Assembly (NCBI GenBank): GCA_027593235.1 | Contig: JAQCIU010000002.1 | Location: 82,567-146,566, forward strand | Origin: Chloroflexota bacterium | GTDB lineage: Bacteria; Chloroflexota; Dehalococcoidia; UBA2979 | DNA: 64,000 bases | Reading direction: 5' to 3' | Part shown: in pieces, positions 42,824-52,066 of the stretch | How the letters are laid out: each line of letters starts with the position of its first letter | Position numbering within the stretch: the stretch's first letter is position 1 | The notes under the pieces: generated by a model | Databases searched by the model: none | What the model was told of the DNA's origin: nothing | The model's input: only the letters and a program-made list of their open reading frames with translations | Made by a program: the position numbers and the translations under genes

Positions 42824-43783
42824 CTAGGTGAACCGGATGCGCGGATCGAGCCATCCGTAGATGACGTCGACCACGAGGTTCGTCGTGACGATGACGAAGG
42901 CGATCACCAGGACAGCGCCCTGGAAGGGCGGAAAATCGCGCAGGATCAGCCGGGTGAAGAGGAACCGACCCACACCGTCGATGTTGAACATGTTCTCGAG
43001 GATGATCTGGCCGCTGACGACGTTCGCGATTGTCAGGCCCATCACCGTGAGCACCGGCAGCGCCGCGTTCTTCATCGCGTGGTTCACCCACACCGTGCGT
43101 TCGCGGAGGCCCTTCGCCCGCGCGGTGCGGATGTAGTCGTTCCGCATCACCTCGAGCATTTGCGAGCGAAGCAGCCGCATGATGCCGGCGCCACCGGCTA
43201 CGCCGCCGGCGATCGTGGGGATCAGATAGAGCTTCGCGGCGCCGATCGGATCGGTCCAGAAATGCGGTTCGCCGACGATGTCGATCCGAAACAAGTCGAA
43301 CTTGAGAACGACCAGCGTCATCAGGATCGCGATGAAGAACACCGGTGACGCGACGCCGAGGATGGAGAACCCGCGCAGCAGGTAATCGATCCAGGTGTCC
43401 TGTTTAACAGCGCTGACCACGCCGATCGGGATGCTCAGCGCGAACGACACGAAGATGATCAGCGTCCCGAGTTCGAGTGTCGTCGGCAGGCGCCGTCCGA
43501 GTTCGGACCAGGTGCTGCGACCGGTGTCGTACGACGTGCCGAGGTCCAGCGTCGCGGTGTCGGCCATGAAGTCGACGTAGCGACGCCAGAGCGGCTTGTC
43601 CAGACCGAGGATGTGGCGCGCCTCCTCGATTGCCTCGGAGTAGTCGGCCAGCTCGAGGTTCGTCGCCACCTGCCGCTGGGCGAAATCACCCGGCAGCAGG
43701 TTAGAGGCGAAGAACACGAGGGAGGCGACGAACCATAAGACGACGACGTTGAGCAGCAGTCGCCGCAGGATGTACTGGGACAC
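42824..43783 (-). CDS. ABC transporter permease (DppB/OppB type)
   Basis: MSQYILRRLLLNVVVLWFVASLVFF..., YIRTARAKGL (EAA-loop region). 319 aa. Confidence 0.85.
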   Translation of the reverse strand: MSQYILRRLLLNVVVLWFVASLVFFASNLLPGDFAQRQVATNLELADYSEAIEEARHILGLDKPLWRRYVDFMADTATLDLGTSYDTGRSTWSELGRRLPTTLELGTLIIFVSFALSIPIGVVSAVKQDTWIDYLLRGFSILGVASPVFFIAILMTLVVLKFDLFRIDIVGEPHFWTDPIGAAKLYLIPTIAGGVAGGAGIMRLLRSQMLEVMRNDYIRTARAKGLRERTVWVNHAMKNAALPVLTVMGLTIANVVSGQIILENMFNIDGVGRFLFTRLILRDFPPFQGAVLVIAFVIVTTNLVVDVIYGWLDPRIRFT

Positions 43784-43834
43784 GAACGCCTCCCCGGGCC
43801 CGCGACCTCGTGGTCAGGCTGGCCGGTTGCCTCG

Positions 43835-45712
43835 TTACAGCGTCACGGTGGCACGTCCCTGGAATGACGGATCGTTCTGATCCAGCCACACATTCTTGGA
43901 GGCGAGGTGCCCAGCGAAGATGTTGTAGCCCTGTCCCGGTTCGCCTCCGCTGGCGGCAATCTTGTTGTTGCCGTGGAAGTAGTTCCAGCTCGCGCTGCGG
44001 GAGATGTAGTTGTAGAGAATGACGTTCCCGTACTGTCCGTTCTCCAGAATCAGCCGCTGCGCTTGCCTTGAGAGTTCGACGGATTCCTCGTAGTCGACCG
44101 AGACGAGGGCCTGATCGAGAAGCGCGTCGATGTCCGGGTTGTCGACGTGCTGGAAGTTCGCCGTGCTCGTCGAGTGGAACGTCTGACGCAGCTCCGCCCG
44201 CGGGTCCGGGCTGCTCACCTGCGAGGTCCAGGCGAACCAGTTCGGGAACTGGCCGTTCGCCAGGTTCGGGATGATGTCGTCGTTGTAGGTGGTCCGCGTG
44301 GACTTGAACTGAGTGACGCCCATCGCCGTGTTCAGCATCTCCGGGATCACCTGCGTGGTGTCCGGCCATGGCCCCAACCAGGTGTCCGGGATCTGAATGT
44401 CGACGTCGCCCAACGCGTCGCCGCCGGCGGCGGCCCACAGATCGCGAGCGACCTTGAGGTCCTCGTCGCGGGTTGTGCGGTAGCCGTCCAGCGTCACCAG
44501 CTCGTCCGGGAGGAGGGCGTAGCCCTCCTGCAGCCAGGTGACGGGGCCGCTGACCTGGCCGAGTCCCTGGTGGAAGGTCTGGATCATCGCTCGCCGGTCG
44601 AAGGCCGCGTTCATCGCGCGGACGAGGCGTACGTCCTTGAACTGCTGGTTCATGTTCAGGTGCAGGTAGACGGTGTTTGCGACGCCGGTCAGGGTCTCGT
44701 ACATCGAGTCGCTGTTCGCCTCGAGGATTGCCTTGGTGAGGCTGGGGTCCGGTGAGCTGAACGCGTCGATCTGCTTCTGCTCGAAGGCGACGCGGCTGGC
44801 GTTCGGGTCCTCGAAGAGCAGTGGGTAGATCCAGCCATCGAGGTGCGGCTCACCCGGCCGGAAGTTCTTCGGGTTCTTGAGGAAGATGATCTCCTCGTCG
44901 GAGCGCCACTGCTTCAGTGTGTACGCCCCGGTCGCGGGCATCGCGTCCTCGCTGAGGGTGCGGTGGTCGGCTTCGAACTTCTCGGTCGCTTCGCGGTTCG
45001 GCACCGTGGAGAAGTACGCGGCGAGGCGACCGAGGAAGGTCCCGTTCGGGGTGGCCAGCTTCGCGATGATCGTCGACTCGTCGGGTGTCTCGATGCTGGT
45101 GATGCCCTGGTAGAACGTCTGGTGGCGGAATGGCGATTCGGTGCCGTCCGCCAGCAGGCCGGCGGCCTGTCGTTCCCAGTGCCACTTGATGTCCTCCGAG
45201 GTCAGTTGGCGGCCGCCGGTGATCGGCGTGTCCTGCCAGAAGACATCGGGGCGGATGTTGAACGTGTAAGTCGCGGCGTCCGGGATCTCCCACGACTCGG
45301 CGAGATCCCCGCCGATTTCGCCGGTGTCCGGGTTGTCGTAGCGGACGACCTTGTTTAGTACGTAGTTCGAGAGCCACGAGGTGGGGTCGCCGAACGCACG
45401 GTGCACGTCGATCGAGTCGAAGACGTTGCCGCCGAGGAATACGCCACGCGCAGCGCCCCCGTCGACGGGCTCCATGCTCGATGGCTCTGCGGTCGCCGCC
45501 GCGGTGCCCCCGGCATCCGCGGTCGCGGCGGCCGTGCCTGTCCCGGCGGCGGCCGCGGTCGCCGTCGCGGTGCCGTCGTCGCTGTCACCACAGCCGATCA
45601 ACGCCCAACCGGCGAGGCCAATGCCACCGGTGGCGGTACCTCGGAGCAGGCCCCGGCGCGAGAGCCGGCGTCGCGTGGTCTGTGTCCAGTAGTTGGTGTT
45701 GTTCGTGCTCAC
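43835..45712 (-). CDS. ABC transporter substrate-binding lipoprotein, family 5 (peptide/nickel type), Tat-like signal
   Basis: GTG 45712 preceded by GAGGGAG. RRRLSRRGLLRGTATGGIGLAGWALIGC (twin-Arg plus lipobox). Ala/Thr/Gly linker. Family 5 SBP body (~600 aa). Confidence 0.85.
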   Translation of the reverse strand: MSTNNTNYWTQTTRRRLSRRGLLRGTATGGIGLAGWALIGCGDSDDGTATATAAAAGTGTAAATADAGGTAAATAEPSSMEPVDGGAARGVFLGGNVFDSIDVHRAFGDPTSWLSNYVLNKVVRYDNPDTGEIGGDLAESWEIPDAATYTFNIRPDVFWQDTPITGGRQLTSEDIKWHWERQAAGLLADGTESPFRHQTFYQGITSIETPDESTIIAKLATPNGTFLGRLAAYFSTVPNREATEKFEADHRTLSEDAMPATGAYTLKQWRSDEEIIFLKNPKNFRPGEPHLDGWIYPLLFEDPNASRVAFEQKQIDAFSSPDPSLTKAILEANSDSMYETLTGVANTVYLHLNMNQQFKDVRLVRAMNAAFDRRAMIQTFHQGLGQVSGPVTWLQEGYALLPDELVTLDGYRTTRDEDLKVARDLWAAAGGDALGDVDIQIPDTWLGPWPDTTQVIPEMLNTAMGVTQFKSTRTTYNDDIIPNLANGQFPNWFAWTSQVSSPDPRAELRQTFHSTSTANFQHVDNPDIDALLDQALVSVDYEESVELSRQAQRLILENGQYGNVILYNYISRSASWNYFHGNNKIAASGGEPGQGYNIFAGHLASKNVWLDQNDPSFQGRATVTL

Positions 45713-45812
45713 GGACGGGCTCCCTCTAGTCAAATCGCTCGGCATTACAAGCGGCATCGACAGAACGCGGTGAGATTGCGCTCGCAATAAGAGGGATGTC
45801 AAGGCGAGATCT

Positions 45813-45855
45813 ATTTCTGACGATAAGAGATCGTCGGGATGCAGTCGTCAGAAAT
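45813..45855. promoter_or_regulatory. 11-bp perfect inverted repeat ATTTCTGACGA N21 TCGTCAGAAAT
   Basis: Read directly. It lies in the low-GC part of the 364-bp divergent gap between the SBP gene and the crotonase gene. Confidence 0.4.
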
Positions 45856-45872
45856 GAAGAACGTCATTGTCA

Positions 45873-45886
45873 GTGATTTAAATCAC
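45873..45886. promoter_or_regulatory. 14-bp perfect palindrome GTGATTTAAATCAC
   Basis: Read directly. Same intergenic region, 18 nt after the inverted repeat. Confidence 0.4.
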
Positions 45887-45918
45887 GGAATACGCAATCG
45901 TTTTCATCGCGTCTATTC

Positions 45919-45937
45919 TGCGATCCATTTGCGATCC
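45919..45937. promoter_or_regulatory. Direct repeat TGCGATCC-ATT-TGCGATCC (11-bp period)
   Basis: Read directly. Same intergenic region. Confidence 0.35.
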
Positions 45938-46076
45938 GGGGGAACGGCGCGTGCTGGCGTCCGCCAACGAGGACGCGGCATGGACCTCGACTCCCCCGCG
46001 ATCAGGTGCGGGGTGCCCACGCGGCCGGTCGTTCGGGTACCGTGCGCACGCGACGCACTGAGTTGGAGGGGACCGC

Positions 46077-46985
46077 ATGGCTGACTACGAAACGTTGATC
46101 GTCGAGAAGGAGCGCGGACGCGCCCGGATCACCCTGAACCGCCCTGAGAAGCTGAACGCGCTGTCACGCCGCCTGCAATCGGAGCTGCGCGCGGCACTGT
46201 GGGACGCAGACCAGGACACGCGCGTGCACTCGGTGATCCTCCGCGGTGCCGGTCGGTCGTTCTGTGCGGGATACGACCTCACCCCTGACCGCGTTCGCGC
46301 CGGCGAAACCGTCGACACGACCGACAAGTACGCCGAGGTATACCGCGGCGCCACAACCTTCGACGATGACTCCTGGCGGATGGAGGACGCGCAGCGGGAT
46401 CGGATGACGATCTTCGACATGCACAAGCCGGTGATCGGCCAGGTGCATGGCTACTGCGTCGCGGGCGGCACGGATCTGGTGCTGCTGTGCGACATGGTGA
46501 TCGCCGCGGAGGACGCCCACATCGGATTCCCGCCGGTCCGCGCGATGGGCGGCCCGCCGGCGCAGATGTGGACCTACCTGGTTGGTCCGCAGCGCGCCAA
46601 GTACATGTTGCTGACCGGCGAATTCATGTCCGGTACCGAGGCAGCGGAGGCCGGCCTGGTGCTGAAGGCCGTGCCGTTCGATGAGCTGGAAGAGACCGTC
46701 GAGGAGATCGCCGACCGTCTGGCGATGGTCCATCCGGATCTGCTGGCGGGGAACAAGCGATCGGTGAACCTGGCACTGGAGCTGATGGGCGCACGCACCA
46801 TGCAGCGGCTTGCCGCGGAGATGGACGCGCGCATGCACACCTCGCCCGGCATGGACGAGTGGCGCACGCGGAACCGCGAGCAGGGGCTGAAGGAAGCGCT
46901 AGCCTGGCGCGACGGTCGCTTCAGCGACCTGGAGCAGCGCCGCGCCTGGCAGCAGGAACACTGGCCGGAGGGCCCGCGCGACTAG
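46077..46985 (+). CDS. Enoyl-CoA hydratase/isomerase (crotonase) family protein
   Basis: ITLNRPEKLNAL...VILRGAGRSFCAGYDL...HGYCVAGGTDL. RBS GGAGGGG. Confidence 0.85.
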   Translation: MADYETLIVEKERGRARITLNRPEKLNALSRRLQSELRAALWDADQDTRVHSVILRGAGRSFCAGYDLTPDRVRAGETVDTTDKYAEVYRGATTFDDDSWRMEDAQRDRMTIFDMHKPVIGQVHGYCVAGGTDLVLLCDMVIAAEDAHIGFPPVRAMGGPPAQMWTYLVGPQRAKYMLLTGEFMSGTEAAEAGLVLKAVPFDELEETVEEIADRLAMVHPDLLAGNKRSVNLALELMGARTMQRLAAEMDARMHTSPGMDEWRTRNREQGLKEALAWRDGRFSDLEQRRAWQQEHWPEGPRD

Positions 46986-47017
46986 CGGCCTCGAGGGCTG
47001 CGCAGCGGAACAGACGA

Positions 47018-47060
47018 GAAACGCCCGACAGCCACCGCTGCCGGGCGTTTCGCTTGTTTT
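47018..47060 (+). terminator. Rho-independent terminator candidate
   Basis: 10-bp perfect stem gaaacgcccg / cgggcgtttc with a 14-nt loop, followed by gcttgtttt. It begins 33 nt after the crotonase stop. Confidence 0.6.
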
Positions 47061-47141
47061 GGCGGTTGGAGCACGGCCGGTGCTCGGGCGTACGATGGGC
47101 GAACCTCACGCGTACGTCAGGCTCCGTCTCGGGGTGCTTCG

Positions 47142-48407
47142 TTGCACGATTCCTTCGCCGCTCTGCGCGTTCGCAACTACGCGATCCTCTGGACCGGATC
47201 GCTTGCAACGTTCACGGCGTTCTTCATGTCGACGATCGTGCAGGCGATCGTCGCCTTCGACATCACCGGGAAGAACGGTTCGGTCGGGTTCGTCCTGCTC
47301 GGGCAGGGCATCTCGATGGCGCTGCTGGGTCCGCTCGGTGGCGCGGTCGCGGACCGGGCCTCGAAGCGCTTGATTTCGATCGTCGCATCGGTCGTGATCA
47401 CCGGGGTGTTTCTCGTGACCGGTTTGCTGCTGGCCACCGATCAGATCGCGGTGTTCCACCTGGCTGCCGGCGCGTTCGTGATCGGGACAATGTTTGCGTT
47501 TATGGGCCCCGCGCGACAGGCGTGGGTCGCGGAGCTGGTTGGCGAAGACCTCCGAGGCAACGCGGTCGCGCTGAACCAGGTGGCGCTGAACGCCGCCCGC
47601 ATCTGGGCGCCTGCGATCGGCGGACTGCTGGTCGCGGTGTCGTTCATCGGAGCGGCGGGCGCCTACTTCCTGATGGCTTTCCTCTACGGGCTGAGCGGGC
47701 TGTCGCTCTTGTTGCTGCCGGATTCGCGTCGTGCGCCGGGTGGGACGGGACGCTCGGTCTTCGGCGACATCGTGGATGGCTTCCAGTACGTGCAGTCGCA
47801 GCCGCGCCTGCGCTGGATGCTGATCCTCTTCTTTTCGATGATTGTGCTCGGCCTCACGCCGACGGCGGTAGTGCTGCCGGGTCTGCTGGAGAACGTGCTC
47901 GGCGAGGACGTGAACAAGTTCGGGTTGCTGCAGACGATCAGCGCCGTCGGCGGGCTGGCAGCGAGCCTCGCGGTGGCGGGAATCGCTTCGTCGCCACGCG
48001 CGCTGACGATTTACAGCGCCGGTGCGCTGCTCACCGGTGTCGCGCTTGTGTTCACGGGGTTGGCGCCGAGCCTCGCGATCTTGTTCGTGCCGATGTTCCT
48101 GACGGGCCTCGGTACCGGCGCCTTCCAGACGCTGAACAGCGCGGTGATTGTGATCGAATCGGAGCCCGCGTACTACGGCCGGGTGACCTCACTGACGGGG
48201 CTGGCGTTCGCCGGGTTCATGCTCGCCGGGTATCCGGTTGGGTTGGCCGCCGACGCGTTCGGCGAACGAGCGACCACGGTGGTGATGGGCATCGCCACCG
48301 TGGTCCTCGTGCTTCTGATCTCGCCGCTGATCGCGCGTTCGAAACCGATTCAATCCGCCGGCGAACGCCAGCGTGACCGCGAGGCCGCCGCCGCTGGTGG
48401 TGGTTAG
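47142..48407 (+). CDS. MFS transporter
   Basis: 421 aa, about 12 hydrophobic segments, LGGAVADRASKRL (MFS loop 2-3 motif). TTG start in the ORF track. Confidence 0.8.
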   Translation: MHDSFAALRVRNYAILWTGSLATFTAFFMSTIVQAIVAFDITGKNGSVGFVLLGQGISMALLGPLGGAVADRASKRLISIVASVVITGVFLVTGLLLATDQIAVFHLAAGAFVIGTMFAFMGPARQAWVAELVGEDLRGNAVALNQVALNAARIWAPAIGGLLVAVSFIGAAGAYFLMAFLYGLSGLSLLLLPDSRRAPGGTGRSVFGDIVDGFQYVQSQPRLRWMLILFFSMIVLGLTPTAVVLPGLLENVLGEDVNKFGLLQTISAVGGLAASLAVAGIASSPRALTIYSAGALLTGVALVFTGLAPSLAILFVPMFLTGLGTGAFQTLNSAVIVIESEPAYYGRVTSLTGLAFAGFMLAGYPVGLAADAFGERATTVVMGIATVVLVLLISPLIARSKPIQSAGERQRDREAAAAGGG

Positions 48408-48440
48408 CAGCCACCGAGGCGGGAGCTTGGAGGGACGACG

Positions 48441-48980
48441 ATGCCGGGGACCGTGATCGCGGTACACCGCAGCTCCGGGCACACGATGGCGAAGCCAACG
48501 CAGCCGACGATCCGGCTGGTGGCGGGCGAGGGTGTCGAGGGCGACGCCCATCGCGGCGCGACCGTGAAGCACCGTTCGCACGTGCGGCGCGATCCGTCGC
48601 AGCCGAACCAGCGCCAGGTACACCTGATCCACGCGGAGTTGCACGAGGAGCTGCGCGCAGCGGGCTTCGCGATCACGTCGGGCGAGATGGGCGAGAACGT
48701 GACGACCAGCGGCATCGATTTGCTGGCGCTGTCGGCGGGGACGCGACTGCGCCTCGGAGGCGCCGCCGTCATCGAGGTGACCGGGCTGCGCAACCCGTGC
48801 TCCCAGCTCGACGACCTGTGCCCGGGCCTGATGGCCGCTGTCCTCGATCGCGACGACGCGGGCAACCTCGTGCGCAAGGCCGGCGTGATGGCCGTGGTGA
48901 TCGAGGGCGGCGAGGTGCGTGCCGGCGACGCGATCGAGGTGGAACCGCCTCCGCAGCACCGCGCGCTTGAGGTGGTTTAG
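48441..48980 (+). CDS. MOSC domain-containing protein
   Basis: 179 aa; LVAGEGVEGDAHRG...NVTTSGIDL...IEVTGLRNPCSQLD. Confidence 0.75.
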   Translation: MPGTVIAVHRSSGHTMAKPTQPTIRLVAGEGVEGDAHRGATVKHRSHVRRDPSQPNQRQVHLIHAELHEELRAAGFAITSGEMGENVTTSGIDLLALSAGTRLRLGGAAVIEVTGLRNPCSQLDDLCPGLMAAVLDRDDAGNLVRKAGVMAVVIEGGEVRAGDAIEVEPPPQHRALEVV

Positions 48981-49002
48981 CGGCACTGGAAGGACGATCG
49001 AG

Positions 49003-49935
49003 ATGACCGACACGGGTTTGCCGACACGGATGCTCGGACGCACCGGTCTCGAGGTGACGACGCTCGGATACGGGGCGATGTCGCTCGATAGCCGCTTCGG
49101 GCGCGAGGTGTCCGCCGAAGAGGCGCGCACGATGCTGCACGCCGTCCTCGACGCGGGGATCAACCTGATCGACACCTCGCCGGACTACGGGCCGAGCGAG
49201 GAGATGATCGGCGCTTCGATCGCCGAGCGTCGCGACGGGTACATCCTCGCGACGAAGGTGGGCTGCCCCGTCGCGGTCGAGACCCCGGCCGGGGAGCGCC
49301 CTCGGCACGTCTACACCCGCGAGAACGTGCGCGCGGCAATCGAGCAGAGCCTGCGGCGGCTGCGGACGGATCACCTCGATGTGGTGCAGTTCCACGGCAG
49401 CCCGTCGCGCGCGGAACTTGAGGAACACGGAGCGATCGAGGAGCTACGCGCGCAGCAGCAGGCGGGGAGCGTGCGGTTCCTCGGGATGTCGGGGACGATT
49501 CCCCACCTCGCGGATCACATCGCGATGGGCGTGTTCGACGAGTTCCAGATCCCGTACTCGGCGCTGCAACGCGAGCACGAAACGCTGATCGCGGATGCCG
49601 CCGGCGGCGGTGCCGGGACGGTGATCCGTGGCGGTGTCGCGCGCGGCGGACCGGCGGCGGACAAGCAGTGGGATGTGCGGCGGTTGCCCGAGGTGGAACC
49701 GGAGCGCCCGCGTGCGCTCTGGGAGTCGGCGGGCCTCGACGAGTTGCTCGACGGCATGGATCGGATGGAGTTCATGCTGCGCTTCACGCTCAGTTCCACC
49801 GACGTACACACGACGATCGTCGGCACGGCGGTTCCGGACCACCTCGCGGCAAACGTGGCGGCGGCGCGGCGCGGGCCGCTCCCCGCGGACGTGATTGCCG
49901 AGGCGAAGCGGCGCCTGGACGCAGCCAGCAGCTAG
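49003..49935 (+). CDS. Aldo/keto reductase
   Basis: ATG 49003 preceded by GGAAGGA. LGRTGLEVTTLGYGAMSL, INLIDTSPDYG, LDVVQFH, RFLGMSG. Confidence 0.85.
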   Translation: MTDTGLPTRMLGRTGLEVTTLGYGAMSLDSRFGREVSAEEARTMLHAVLDAGINLIDTSPDYGPSEEMIGASIAERRDGYILATKVGCPVAVETPAGERPRHVYTRENVRAAIEQSLRRLRTDHLDVVQFHGSPSRAELEEHGAIEELRAQQQAGSVRFLGMSGTIPHLADHIAMGVFDEFQIPYSALQREHETLIADAAGGGAGTVIRGGVARGGPAADKQWDVRRLPEVEPERPRALWESAGLDELLDGMDRMEFMLRFTLSSTDVHTTIVGTAVPDHLAANVAAARRGPLPADVIAEAKRRLDAASS

Positions 49936-49985
49936 CAGGCACGGACGCGCGCCACATAGCCGTTGAGGCGGCGATGGGAGGTTTC

Positions 49986-50438
49986 ATGTCCGAGGATCGC
50001 GAAGCCTTGTTGCAGTACTACGGGGCGAGCCGCGCGCGCCTGGTCGCGGCGATCGACGGGCTGGACGACACAGTGCTGGCGGAACCGTCGCTCGACGGCT
50101 GGTCGGTCAAGGACCACCTTGCGCACATCGCGAGCTGGGATGAACTGCGAGCGACCGAGGTCGATCGCATCTCCGCCGGATACGACTCGACCTGGCGAAC
50201 GACCGAGGATCAGAGCGTGGCATTCGGGGCGATGTCCTACGAACTGCGACGCGGATTGTCGCTGGCGCAGGTGCGGTGGGAACTGACGACCTCGCGCGCT
50301 CGGCTGCTGGAGGCGATCGCGGCAGCGACGCCGCGCGGGCTGAACCCGGCGCTCTACGGCGAAGCGGGCCTGCGAAGCGGCCACGAGGACGAGCACTCCA
50401 CGTGGATCGAGCGCCGGCGGGGCGAACAGCACGCGTAG
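49986..50438 (+). CDS. DinB-superfamily four-helix-bundle protein
   Basis: ATG 49986 preceded by GGGAGG. LLQYYGASRARLVAAIDGLDD...WSVKDHLAHIASW...HEDEH. Confidence 0.55.
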   Translation: MSEDREALLQYYGASRARLVAAIDGLDDTVLAEPSLDGWSVKDHLAHIASWDELRATEVDRISAGYDSTWRTTEDQSVAFGAMSYELRRGLSLAQVRWELTTSRARLLEAIAAATPRGLNPALYGEAGLRSGHEDEHSTWIERRRGEQHA

Positions 50439-50495
50439 TGGGCGATCGAGGACGCCGTCCTCGGAGTATCGTGACGCACTGCGGAGGGAGCGACG

Positions 50496-51296
50496 ATGAC
50501 GCGCGAGTACGAGGGTTTGAAGTTCGAGCAACAGGGCAGCGTGGCGACGATCACACTGAACCGCCCGGAACGGCTGAACGCGATCCTGTTCTCGATGATC
50601 GAGGGCATCACCGAGATCGTCGATGAGTGCGGCCGCGACGAGAGCGTGCGCGCAATCGTGATCACCGGCGAGGGCCGCGCGTTCTCCTCGGGAGACGACA
50701 TCGTCGGCGGCATGGGCGATCTACCGGCGCGCTGGGAGCGCCCGGGATTGAACGCAAACCTGGGGCCGCACCACCTGATGACGAAGACGCTGATGTCGTG
50801 CCCGAAGCCGGTGATTGCCGCGCTCAATGGGCGCTGTCACGGCGCCGGCTGGGTGACCGCGCTGTCCTGCGACTTCCGCGTGGCGCGCGACGATGTGCTG
50901 ATTGGCGACATCCGTGCGGAGAAGGCGATTTTCGCCGGGCAGGCCGTGCCGCTGCTGCTTCCGCGCCTGATCGGGCAGTCGAGGGCGATGGATCTGCTGA
51001 TGACCGGGCGCGTCATCGACGCGGCCGAGGCGGAGCGCTACGGCATCCTGCAGCGCGTCTGGGCCGCCGAGGACTGGGATCAGGAGCTGAATGCGTTTGT
51101 CGGGGCACTGGCCGCTGGTCCGACCAAGACCTACGCCGCCTGGAAGCTGACCGTAAACCGGTCGGCGCTGCTGGAGTTGGACGGCTACACCGACTACGAG
51201 CGCCGGATCGCTGCGCTGGCGCGCGCGACCGATGACGCCGAGGAAGGGCCGAAGGCATTCCGTGAGAAGCGGGAACCGGTGTTCACCGGTCGCTGA
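50496..51296 (+). CDS. Enoyl-CoA hydratase/isomerase (crotonase) family protein
   Basis: ITLNRPERLNA...VITGEGRAFSSGDD...LNGRCHGAGW. RBS GGAGGGA. Confidence 0.85.
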   Translation: MTREYEGLKFEQQGSVATITLNRPERLNAILFSMIEGITEIVDECGRDESVRAIVITGEGRAFSSGDDIVGGMGDLPARWERPGLNANLGPHHLMTKTLMSCPKPVIAALNGRCHGAGWVTALSCDFRVARDDVLIGDIRAEKAIFAGQAVPLLLPRLIGQSRAMDLLMTGRVIDAAEAERYGILQRVWAAEDWDQELNAFVGALAAGPTKTYAAWKLTVNRSALLELDGYTDYERRIAALARATDDAEEGPKAFREKREPVFTGR

Positions 51297-51326
51297 TACC
51301 GTCGTGACGACGATCAGTGGGAACGA

Positions 51327-51968
51327 ATGGACGAAGGGGTTGGCGACGTGCGCATTGGCCTGATCAGCGACACCCATTTGCCCTCGTTGATTCACTCGCT
51401 CGACGAGCTGGGTCCGGAGGTGGGCGAGTTCCTCGCCTCGGTCGAGTTGATCCTGCACGGCGGCGACATCTCGCGACCGTCGGTCCTCGACTGGATGGAG
51501 GCATACGCTCCGGTGCGTGCCGCCCGAGGGAACCACGACGTCTTCGATGATCCTCGGGTGGAGGATCGCCAGTACCTGGAGATCGAGGGCTGGCGGATCG
51601 GCATGGTGCACGACCTGCGGCGCGAAGATCGCGACATGGCCGAGATTCTGCGCCGAGATTTCGCCGGCCTCGAGCCGGACATCGTGATCAGCGGGGACAC
51701 GCACGTCGAGCGGCTGGAGTACCGCGACGGCGTGGTGCTGATCAACTCCGGCAGCCCGAACTTGCTGCACCACAAGGAAACTCGGCTCGGGACGGTCGCG
51801 TTCCTCGAGTTGGAGCCGGGCCGGCTCCACGCGGAGATCCTGACGCTGGGACAGAGCGAAGGCATGCCGAACCCGGGTACGCCACGGCACCTGGAGATCG
51901 TCGACCGCCAGCTGATTCGCGCGACCCACAATGGGGAAACGGTCGCGTTGCCGGAGGCGGCCGGCTAG
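51327..51968 (+). CDS. Metallophosphoesterase (YfcE/MJ0936-like)
   Basis: IGLISDTHLP, ILHGGDIS, RGNHD, VISGDTH. Confidence 0.75.
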   Translation: MDEGVGDVRIGLISDTHLPSLIHSLDELGPEVGEFLASVELILHGGDISRPSVLDWMEAYAPVRAARGNHDVFDDPRVEDRQYLEIEGWRIGMVHDLRREDRDMAEILRRDFAGLEPDIVISGDTHVERLEYRDGVVLINSGSPNLLHHKETRLGTVAFLELEPGRLHAEILTLGQSEGMPNPGTPRHLEIVDRQLIRATHNGETVALPEAAG

Positions 51969-52066
51969 CCACTGCTCGCCGTCAGAGATGGTCACAGGAC
52001 TAAAGTCACATCGCGCTGGGACTTTGCGGATTGGTCGCGCGGGACCAGCGTTTCTACGCTGACGCG

